Assembly: GCA_036677365.1 (NCBI GenBank)
Contig: JAVBWN010000028.1
Span: 1 to 14,944 of the forward strand
Reading direction: 5' to 3'
Origin: Acholeplasma sp.
GTDB lineage: Bacteria; Bacillota_I; Bacilli_A; Acholeplasmatales; UBA5453
Length of the DNA: 14,944 nt
Below are positions 7,941 through 14,944 of this stretch, piece by piece (position 1 is the first letter of the stretch; each line of letters begins with the position of its first letter). The position numbers and the translations under genes are program-made. A model generated the notes under the pieces. It searched no databases. It was not told the origin of the DNA and saw nothing but the letters and a program-made list of their open reading frames with translations.

Positions 7941-8339
7941 TCATTTGCTCGATAAATACTTATTGGAAATCTGATTGGCATCGAGCGCTTTTAACATGAT
8001 TTCAGCCGAGGTTTTATTGGTTGCGAGCGGGATGGAAAATACATCACACAAACGTAACAATGCCGAAACATCGGGTTCATGGGGTTGGGCGGTCAAAGGG
8101 TCTCTTAAAAAGATGACCAAATCCAATTGGTTATCCGCGACCATCGACCCGATTTGTTGGTCACCACCCATCGGTCCTGATTTCATCCGGATGATCGATA
8201 ATCCGGTTTCTCCAATGATGAGTGTACCTGTCGTGCCTGTGGCGTATAACGTGTGCTTACTTAAAATATCTCGATACTTTTTAGCCAAATCGATGATGTC
8301 TGGTTTTTTCTTGTCATGTGCAATGAGTGCGACGCGCAT
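7941..8339 (-). CDS. mgsA: Methylglyoxal synthase
   Basis: [15 protein letters not shown] (protein motif), [38 protein letters not shown]. Confidence 0.96.
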   Translation of the reverse strand: MRVALIAHDKKKPDIIDLAKKYRDILSKHTLYATGTTGTLIIGETGLSIIRMKSGPMGGDQQIGSMVADNQLDLVIFLRDPLTAQPHEPDVSALLRLCDVFSIPLATNKTSAEIMLKALDANQISNKYLSSK

Positions 8340-8360
8340 AAAATCACCTACCTTAATACC

Positions 8361-8389
8361 ATTGTATCAGTAAATGTTTATTTATTTAA
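8361..8389 (-). promoter_or_regulatory. Possible promoter of mgsA-cyclase
   Basis: TGATACAAT extended -10 (8369-8361); weak -35 TTAAAT at 17 bp spacing. Confidence 0.45.
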
Positions 8390-10318
8390 GCCATCTTTAA
8401 GCGCAATCAATAATTCACCTGAAGTATCCGTTCCGTATTCCCAAAACATGATGCCCCCCAAACCTTCTCTAATCACATAATCGCTCTTTTCTTGAATAGA
8501 GCGTGGGTTATCATAGGAAATGAATTCGGTACCATCGTTCTTTAATATGTATGGCACGCCTGCGCGTGTGTCATAAGCCTTGATGTAATCATTGTTGTTT
8601 AGGTAACTTAGTACGATGTTGTTGTAATACACGGACCCTGCATTGACCCAAGACCCAAAGGTTTGGGTGTTTGCATCATAGGTTCTGGTTTGTTTGATGC
8701 CATAGAATGCCACTCCAACGATGATTTTTTGATAATCGATGTTATACGATGATTTGAAATTTTTGACTGTTTCATCGATGGATGCTGTCGATAAGGAACG
8801 ACCCGCAAGCAAGGTGGTGTTGTGGTATGTGGTGGCACGGTATAAAGCATTTTGGTATTGACCATTCCCGTTGCTCATCCCGTAGGTCATCAAATTGATG
8901 TAATCCAAATAGACTTTAGAGTTATTCAAATCGTATCTAGGTGGTTGCCAGATCCCCCCAGTAATCGCGGTGGTCACCAAGTGATTTGGATTGTTCGCTT
9001 TGACCTTTTCATATACGATTTTCATGAGGGCTGTAAATCTGGTTTTTTCAGCATCGGTTGGAGTCTCCCAGTCGATGTCTACCCCATCAAAGCCATATTG
9101 ATTGATCATCAAAACGATGTTGTCAGCAAATGTATTTACGAGCGTAGGGCTACCAGCAATCGTACTCCAAGATGATTCAGGTGCGACAGACATGATGACC
9201 CAATTACCATATATTTTTGCTTTGGGTAGTATGTAGGTTTGAACATTGCTTAAATAGGTTTCACCATACAAATTGCCTTGTCCATCGGCTGTGATGAATG
9301 CGGTATTGATGATGTCTAACGTTTCAAAAAAGGCGTCATTGACTGTGTTATACCCACGGTATATATAGGATGACGCAATTGGACCTTCTAGAGATTTATA
9401 TCCAGGAACAACAACCTCAAATGTGAGGGTATCTTCGACTTCACCTGTGATGTTTGCGGTGAGGATGACTGTGGTGGTATGGTATGGACGCTTGTATAAA
9501 CCGCTGTTAGAAATCACCTCAGGGTGGCTCGATGACCACTCTAGGTTGAATCCACTGAATACCAAGGGTAAACCCACACTTTCTTCCGTCAGTTCCGGCA
9601 AAATACTGTCTAAATAGGTTTCTAGTTCGGTCATCGTTTTTGAACCCCACTGTGCGATGAATGTGATGTGCTTCAATCCATCCTTGGTTGTGTAAGATGG
9701 GTAATTAAAATAGGTTTTTCCTTGATACAACCAGCCTAAGAATCTAAACCCTTCTTTGATTGGTACAGGCAGTTTGGTTGGTTCTTTTAAACTCAAAACT
9801 GGGTTTTGATATATTTCTGCTTCTGTATAAAATTTAACCTCCAATTCACCTGTAGTAAATGTATTGGGGTCAACACCAAAATCTACGAACAGTTTGGTGT
9901 TGATATCTTGGGTGTAAGCCATGATTTGGTTTAAAATTTCAGGATTGGATAATTGTTGGTGTGCCCCAATGATATAATCATAATGGGGTAGGGTTAAATT
10001 TTCTACTGCCGCTGTCATGGGGTCTTTATAGACCACTTCATACAATTGAGTAGGTTCATTGAAGACGATGAACAATTTATAAAACCAACGCAGTTTTGTG
10101 TTGTCACGATCAAACAGAGATAACGTATCGCCACCCACATCGTTTTTACTTTGAATCATCATGGTGGAATCGGGTTCTTGGGTGGATAGATAATCCACGC
10201 CCATGTGTCCACCGTTCAAATCGAGTGTAACTTCGACGGTTTGTAATCCCGGATTTTGACAGCCCCACAATATCAAAAGAAGGATAACTGTGGTAAGGAC
10301 TGGTATGAGTTTTTTCAT
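8378..10318 (-). CDS. Lipoprotein with split InlB B-repeat, Ig-like domain and GH18 chitinase-like catalytic domain
   Basis: Lipoprotein-type signal ending LWG-C. B-repeat motifs VTLDLNGG / LPVPIKEGFRFLGW / ITFIAQW. Ig-like segment WSSSHPEVISNSG..KRP...TVILTA. GH18 motifs FDGVDIDWE, GVAFYG, FISYDNPRSI..K..YV...GLGGIMFWE. Confidence 0.9.
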   Translation of the reverse strand: MKKLIPVLTTVILLLILWGCQNPGLQTVEVTLDLNGGHMGVDYLSTQEPDSTMMIQSKNDVGGDTLSLFDRDNTKLRWFYKLFIVFNEPTQLYEVVYKDPMTAAVENLTLPHYDYIIGAHQQLSNPEILNQIMAYTQDINTKLFVDFGVDPNTFTTGELEVKFYTEAEIYQNPVLSLKEPTKLPVPIKEGFRFLGWLYQGKTYFNYPSYTTKDGLKHITFIAQWGSKTMTELETYLDSILPELTEESVGLPLVFSGFNLEWSSSHPEVISNSGLYKRPYHTTTVILTANITGEVEDTLTFEVVVPGYKSLEGPIASSYIYRGYNTVNDAFFETLDIINTAFITADGQGNLYGETYLSNVQTYILPKAKIYGNWVIMSVAPESSWSTIAGSPTLVNTFADNIVLMINQYGFDGVDIDWETPTDAEKTRFTALMKIVYEKVKANNPNHLVTTAITGGIWQPPRYDLNNSKVYLDYINLMTYGMSNGNGQYQNALYRATTYHNTTLLAGRSLSTASIDETVKNFKSSYNIDYQKIIVGVAFYGIKQTRTYDANTQTFGSWVNAGSVYYNNIVLSYLNNNDYIKAYDTRAGVPYILKNDGTEFISYDNPRSIQEKSDYVIREGLGGIMFWEYGTDTSGELLIALKDGLNK

Positions 10319-10347
10319 AATATGAACCTCTAAATTCTATAGTTTGG

Positions 10348-10365
10348 ATGATTATATTATATCAT
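10348..10365 (-). promoter_or_regulatory. Extended -10 promoter of the GH18 gene, lying inside a small palindrome
   Basis: TGATATAAT (10364-10356) plus a second TATAAT (10356-10351), flanked by ATGAT...ATCAT inverted arms. Confidence 0.55.
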
Positions 10366-10426
10366 AGGCTATTCACCCATTTTTTTAGGGTACGAAAACT
10401 ATTACCAAAGTGAAAGGGGGATGTAC

Positions 10427-11335
10427 ATGGATCAAAAATACGAAGAAGAGATGATTCAAAAAGCGTATGAATTCTATCAAAAAACGCTTCAATCCGATGG
10501 ATTTTATGTTTGCTTACCTTTTCAAACTTTTTTGAATCATATACAAAATCATCACCTAAAATTACACCTGAATAACCATCAAATCGATGGGCTGTTACTC
10601 TATAGTTTGGTGGGTAACCTGGGTTACATTGCTTATCTTTTGGGTTCAGAACAGATCCAAAAAGATTTATTATTGAAGCTTGAAAATGAGCTGTCAGCGA
10701 TGGGTATAAAAACCCTGTGGTGGTCCTTTTATAACCCAATCAAAGTCCCGTTTTATGTTAAAAATGACCACATCCATGTCAATGCTCAAGGGGTACCTTT
10801 GGGTTCAGCCATGGCGGATTTATTAAAATCCATTGGGTATCACGAACATGCCATTCAAGATACCTATCACATCGATGTCTTATCTTTCAATCATCAAGCG
10901 TTTATCGAACAGCAATCTCAAACATTGTTATCATTAGGTATTGAGTTTAAGTGTTTAACCGGCCATACAAGTCTCGTAGATGATTTTTTAGATAGACTGG
11001 ATAACCCTGGATTTGTTGAAAGCATTCGACAAGGCATTGCGCAGAATAAACCCATCCTCTATGTAATAAGAAATGGCGTTATTTTGGGGTTTACTGGTCC
11101 TATTGGTGTTGCTAACGATCACAGAGGTACCTTCGGTGGTATTGAAATATTAACTGAATTGAAAGGGTTAGGTGCGGGGAAGCTTTTGTTCTTTAAACTG
11201 ATTCAAACCTTCAAAGACATGGGTTCTACTTACACAACACTATTTACAGGTAGTAATAACCCTGCAAAACACATTTACATGGCTGCTGGTGCAACCAAAG
11301 AACAATCCTTTCTTATGATGAAAAAAGAACTCTAG
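10427..11335 (+). CDS. Tandem GNAT-fold N-acetyltransferase, candidate glucosamine/glucosaminide N-acetyltransferase
   Basis: About 300 aa, the length of two GNAT domains. C-terminal acetyl-CoA motif ILTELKGLGAGKLLF and NPAKHIYMAAG; N-terminal motif degenerate. Second ATG (10427) is 6 nt after GAAAGGGGG. Substrate is inferred from context only. Confidence 0.8.
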   Translation: MDQKYEEEMIQKAYEFYQKTLQSDGFYVCLPFQTFLNHIQNHHLKLHLNNHQIDGLLLYSLVGNLGYIAYLLGSEQIQKDLLLKLENELSAMGIKTLWWSFYNPIKVPFYVKNDHIHVNAQGVPLGSAMADLLKSIGYHEHAIQDTYHIDVLSFNHQAFIEQQSQTLLSLGIEFKCLTGHTSLVDDFLDRLDNPGFVESIRQGIAQNKPILYVIRNGVILGFTGPIGVANDHRGTFGGIEILTELKGLGAGKLLFFKLIQTFKDMGSTYTTLFTGSNNPAKHIYMAAGATKEQSFLMMKKEL

Positions 11336-11355
11336 CGATAGAGTTCTTTCTTTTT
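11321..11355. terminator. Bidirectional terminator between the convergent GNAT gene and murQ
   Basis: Perfect 11-bp stem AAAGAACTCTA-GCGA-TAGAGTTCTTT with A/T tails on both sides; it overlaps the GNAT stop codon. Confidence 0.8.
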
Positions 11356-12253
11356 AGATGCGTTTGAGTGATTCTCTAATGTTACCATCGTGGTCAGATA
11401 AGATGTCTTTAATCTTGTCTTTGTCTTCAATTTTAGACATGATGGAGAAAATGGCGTACTTGACAGAATCATATTTTTTGAGGTGGGTTACAGCGATTTC
11501 TTTGTCACACCCTGTGATGTCCATGACAATCGAGGTTGCTCTTGAAACCAACTTATCATTTGACATTTGAACGTCTACCATGAGGTTCTCATAGACTTTA
11601 CCAATCTTAACCATGGATGCGGTAGAAATCATATTCATGATGAGTTTTTGTGCTGTCCCTGATTTCATACGGGTAGACCCTGTGAGTGGTTCTGCACCGG
11701 TGATCGCTTCAATTGGGTATTTTGCAGTAGCTGCGATGACGCTGTTTGAGGATGTGGTAATACAAGCGGTTGGACAACCCACTTCATTTGCATATTCGAC
11801 TGCCCCTACAGCATACGGTGTACGTCCACTGGCAGTTACACCAATAATCACATCGTTTTCTGTGATTTTTTTACGCTTTAAATCTTTAATCGCCGCTTTT
11901 TTTGAATCTTCCACTTTTTCAATCGGATATCTCAAGGCTTTGTTTCCCCCTGCGATGATCCCAATGACCATATCTTTAGATACACCAAAGGTAGGTGGAC
12001 ATTCTGAAGCATCTAAGACGCCGAGTCGACCTGAAGTCCCTGCACCGACATAGATGAGACGACCACCTTTTTTAAAGGCTTGTGTCACCACATCGACCAC
12101 ATGGGCGATTTGATCGAGGGCTTTCTCAACAGCGATGGGCACCAATTTATCTTCTTTATTGATCATATTTAAGATTTCTTTGGTCGCGACCAAATCGATG
12201 TTTCTTGTGTTTTCGTTACGTTTTTCAGTACTGATTTTTCCAATGTCTACCAT
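11354..12253 (-). CDS. murQ: N-acetylmuramic acid 6-phosphate etherase
   Basis: TEKRN, GGRLIYVGAGTSGRLGVLDASECPPTFG, EKVED, ASGRTPY, GAEPLTGSTRMKSGTAQKLIMNMIST, GKVYENLMVDV...N.KL..RA. Confidence 0.96.
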   Translation of the reverse strand: MVDIGKISTEKRNENTRNIDLVATKEILNMINKEDKLVPIAVEKALDQIAHVVDVVTQAFKKGGRLIYVGAGTSGRLGVLDASECPPTFGVSKDMVIGIIAGGNKALRYPIEKVEDSKKAAIKDLKRKKITENDVIIGVTASGRTPYAVGAVEYANEVGCPTACITTSSNSVIAATAKYPIEAITGAEPLTGSTRMKSGTAQKLIMNMISTASMVKIGKVYENLMVDVQMSNDKLVSRATSIVMDITGCDKEIAVTHLKKYDSVKYAIFSIMSKIEDKDKIKDILSDHDGNIRESLKRI

Positions 12254-12257
12254 AGTT

Positions 12258-13169
12258 TTACCCCTTTGTAAAGTGTTTGATCGCCAGATGATAAGCCCCT
12301 TTTACAGGTTCTTCTGCGGTTTCTTCCATATCAAAAGACGGTATTCTGTCTTTAAGATACGCGATCATGGCTGTTTTGACGACTGGTGCCTGGAGTACAA
12401 ATGAACCCCTAGGCGCAATCTTCACACGGTGTGGTTGAATGAATCTTTGGTATGCGAGATAAATTTGTTCGCCCAACAATTCCCCTTCTTTTTTATACAA
12501 AGAGAGGCAAAGTTCATCCCCAGTTCTTGCTAACTCACCCATTTTAGGTGAGAGGCTAGCAATTTCGCTTTTGTTTTTGTTGTAGATATAAGCGATGATA
12601 TCTGCTTCACTGCTGCCTTTGATTTCCTTGAGTAACCACTGAGATAAAGGACTGAATCCCAGGTTGTGTTCACTTTCATAAATGAGATTTTTAAATGCAC
12701 TGATCACCACATGGTAAGCACTGCCTTCATCCCCTAAGAGATGTCCATACCCACCAATCGTATTCACGACGTCATCTTTCAATGTGATGACCGCGCTGCC
12801 GGTGCCACCAATCGCCATGATTACGGCTTGATCTGGTGCTCTATCCACCGAATATAAACCAATCATCGCGTCGGTGTTGAGTCTAACTTCTGCGTTAAAT
12901 TGCTTCGATAAATAGGATTCAATCCCTTTGTCTTTCATTTTGGTTGCGCCAGCGATGCCGAGTTCAATCCAAAGTTCAAACGTTGTAGATGGGATTTTTT
13001 CAATGAGTTGCTTGATGGTGGATTCAATATTTTTAAGGGCGGTTTGATCGTCGATTGAAAAGTTCGAAAAACCACCCAAAGCCCGAGCGAGTTCTCGCCC
13101 TGCTAAGTCATAGAGTACTGCGAGGGTTTTGGTGCCACCACCATCGATACCAATAATGAATTTATCCAT
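12258..13169 (-). CDS. BadF/BadG/BcrA/BcrD-family sugar kinase, probable MurNAc/GlcNAc kinase (MurK-like)
   Basis: IGIDGGGTKT, GIAG, NTDA, GGTGS, GGYGHLLGDEGSAY; sits between nagZ and murQ. Confidence 0.85.
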   Translation of the reverse strand: MDKFIIGIDGGGTKTLAVLYDLAGRELARALGGFSNFSIDDQTALKNIESTIKQLIEKIPSTTFELWIELGIAGATKMKDKGIESYLSKQFNAEVRLNTDAMIGLYSVDRAPDQAVIMAIGGTGSAVITLKDDVVNTIGGYGHLLGDEGSAYHVVISAFKNLIYESEHNLGFSPLSQWLLKEIKGSSEADIIAYIYNKNKSEIASLSPKMGELARTGDELCLSLYKKEGELLGEQIYLAYQRFIQPHRVKIAPRGSFVLQAPVVKTAMIAYLKDRIPSFDMEETAEEPVKGAYHLAIKHFTKG

Positions 13170-14730
13170 GAATCGGTAACCTCCCTTTCAGCGTCAATTG
13201 ACCTTGTAAATACTCGATGAGAATATGCATCGAATTTGGTGTGTATTCATATAAACAAACATAATTTTTGATTTCTGGGTTGAAGTGTAAATCGTAAGGA
13301 TTTCGCATCGATACGACATAAACCTCAGGGTGAACCGCTTGGAGTTCAGATATGAGTTTGAGTTGATTTTGATAAATGTTGCCATTGTATGTGGTAATCA
13401 CCACTTGATCATAAGCTTTTGCTTTTGAGACAATTTCACCAATGGTTTCAATGGTTGGATTGACAGGCATCAAATACCTTCCCAACCCTGGTAATACGCT
13501 TTTGATGGTCTTGGTAATTAAGTAATCCCCTTCAGTATCGTCTGCCCCAGAAGTGACTTGAGGGGAGACGCCAATGAAGAATGTTTTACCCCATGGTTGA
13601 TAGGCTTGACCTTTGACCAAAGTAGCTGCGCTTCTGACTGTCTGTAATGCATAAGCGCGGTGTGTTTCATTGTTTACAATCGGTTCGATGCCCATAAAGG
13701 TTTGATTGATGATATGTGTATTCAAAAGGGCTTTGTATTTGAGTACCCTCGATACCCGTTCATCTAAGACTTCAATCGGTAACTCACCGGATAATACCGC
13801 TGTTTTGAACCTTGAAAATGCTTGGATTTGTAAATCGTAAGTATGACAAATGCAAACCAAGTTCGCCCCGGCTTGGACAGCCATTAAGGCAGCTTCTACC
13901 GTACCATACGTGTCTTGAACGGCTTTCATTTCCATGCCATCGGTCACGATGAGTCCTTCAAACTTCAATTCATGCCTTAAGAAGTCTGTCAAACATTTTT
14001 TGGACAATGTCGCTGGAAGGCCACCTTCAGTAAACGCAGGAAAATCGATGTGTGAGGTCATCAAAGCATGGATGCCTGCTTGAATGGCTTGTTTGAATGG
14101 GACCAATTCAATCTTTTCAAGTCTAGTTCTGTCATAACCTACTTTGGGTAGGGCTAAATGAGAATCCAAATGGGTGTCACCATGACCAGGGAAGTGTTTT
14201 CCTGTGGCGAGTACTTTTTGTTGTAATCCCTTGAAAAATGCGGTCGCGTACTTCGATACCATCGCTGGGTCATCCGAATAACTTCTGACCCCAATGACTG
14301 GATTTTTAGGGTTATTATTCACATCCAAAATCGGTGCGAGGTTCATATTGATGCCCAGTGCATCCAATTCTTCCCCCATATATTCACCATTTTTTTGTGC
14401 GTATTGAATGTCATGGGTGGCCGCGATGGTCATCGCACCAGGGAAGAATGTCGCGCCATGGAATATTCTGGTGACCATCCCACCCTCTTGGTCGATGCTG
14501 ATAAACATCGGAACCCTTAAGTGTTTAATCGTTTCTTGTTGTAAAGCTTGATTCAATTCGAAGAGTTGTTTGGGTGAAACACAGTTTCTCGCAAACAAAA
14601 TGACGTTGCCGAGTTTATATTTGACGATCATCTCTTTTGTAATGTCATCGAGGTGGTCTTTTTGGATGCCAAACATGAATAATTGGCCAATTTTCTCTTC
14701 CAAACTCAATTGTTTAATGTCATAAATCAT
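13162..14730 (-). CDS. nagZ: GH3 beta-N-acetylglucosaminidase, two-domain, no signal peptide
   Basis: SLEEKIGQL, DQEGGMVTR, NLAPILDV, IGVRSY, KHFPGHGDTHLDSH (NagZ Asp-His dyad motif), IVTDGMEM nucleophile and C-terminal RNPYD. Confidence 0.93.
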   Translation of the reverse strand: MIYDIKQLSLEEKIGQLFMFGIQKDHLDDITKEMIVKYKLGNVILFARNCVSPKQLFELNQALQQETIKHLRVPMFISIDQEGGMVTRIFHGATFFPGAMTIAATHDIQYAQKNGEYMGEELDALGINMNLAPILDVNNNPKNPVIGVRSYSDDPAMVSKYATAFFKGLQQKVLATGKHFPGHGDTHLDSHLALPKVGYDRTRLEKIELVPFKQAIQAGIHALMTSHIDFPAFTEGGLPATLSKKCLTDFLRHELKFEGLIVTDGMEMKAVQDTYGTVEAALMAVQAGANLVCICHTYDLQIQAFSRFKTAVLSGELPIEVLDERVSRVLKYKALLNTHIINQTFMGIEPIVNNETHRAYALQTVRSAATLVKGQAYQPWGKTFFIGVSPQVTSGADDTEGDYLITKTIKSVLPGLGRYLMPVNPTIETIGEIVSKAKAYDQVVITTYNGNIYQNQLKLISELQAVHPEVYVVSMRNPYDLHFNPEIKNYVCLYEYTPNSMHILIEYLQGQLTLKGRLPIHG

Positions 14731-14944
14731 AGAGATGATACCTTTCTTTCATAGTCGTGAACTGCTGTGAATCTGACTTCATTTTGGCAAGTATTTCTGC
14801 CAAAGTGAGGGTCTTTTTTTCAATAAAATCGCCACCCATCAGTAAATTAAAGAATAGATTTTGACTTGTTTTTGGGGGTTGAATTAAACTGAATTCTTTG
14901 TGGAGTTGTTCAATCACATGGATTAAGATCACCCCTGTTTTAAC
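14720..14944 (-). CDS. namZ: C-terminus of exo-beta-N-acetylmuramidase NamZ (YbbC/DUF1343 family); continues past the window end
   Basis: The frame is open to the window edge (VKTGVILIHVIEQLHKEF...FFNLLMGGDFI...LAEILAKMKSDSQQFTTMKERYHLY). This fits the recalled NamZ C-terminal pattern (TG...F..L.G...I....F...R..YLLY). Its stop overlaps the nagZ start. Confidence 0.72.
   Translation of the reverse strand, partial: VKTGVILIHVIEQLHKEFSLIQPPKTSQNLFFNLLMGGDFIEKKTLTLAEILAKMKSDSQQFTTMKERYHLYDL

Noticed and set aside
7975..9617. ORFs 7975..8373, 8608..8865, 8852..9175 and 9423..9617
   Set aside because: Shadows of mgsA and the GH18 gene.
10362..10739. 125-aa minus-strand ORF upstream of the GH18 gene
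   Set aside because: Mostly antisense to the GNAT gene, which has a good RBS and motifs; it also ends in the GH18 promoter.
11358..13385. ORFs 11358..11570, 11613..12053, 12135..12404 and 13194..13385
   Set aside because: Antisense or alternate-frame shadows of murQ, the kinase and nagZ.
14720..14932. Stand-alone 70-aa protein as given in the ORF track
   Set aside because: The frame stays open to the window edge; it is the tail of a longer NamZ-like gene.

Overview
AT-rich, Bacillota-lineage bacterial chromosome segment using the standard code (TGA is a stop), with sigmaA-type promoters and GGAGG/AGGTGA ribosome-binding sites. The style of the surface proteins suggests a wall-less Acholeplasmataceae-like mollicute, but that is inference. 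Left to right: the 5' part of a tnpB-only IS200/IS605 element (minus strand, missed by the ORF track) with its left end, TTTAA target motif and promoter; a P1B-4 heavy-metal ATPase (PfeT/ZosA-like) with paired PerR-like boxes; a divergent RDD-family membrane gene; tRNA-Leu(UAG); an LtaS-family enzyme with Ser at the catalytic Thr position; an Ig-repeat surface protein; a cyclase-family hydrolase; mgsA; a GH18 lipoprotein with atypical motifs and an unassigned inserted domain; a tandem-GNAT acetyltransferase; and a tightly coupled namZ(3' end)-nagZ-murK-like kinase-murQ operon. The most notable system is this apparent peptidoglycan/chitin amino-sugar foraging locus (8378-14944), especially if the host makes no cell wall.
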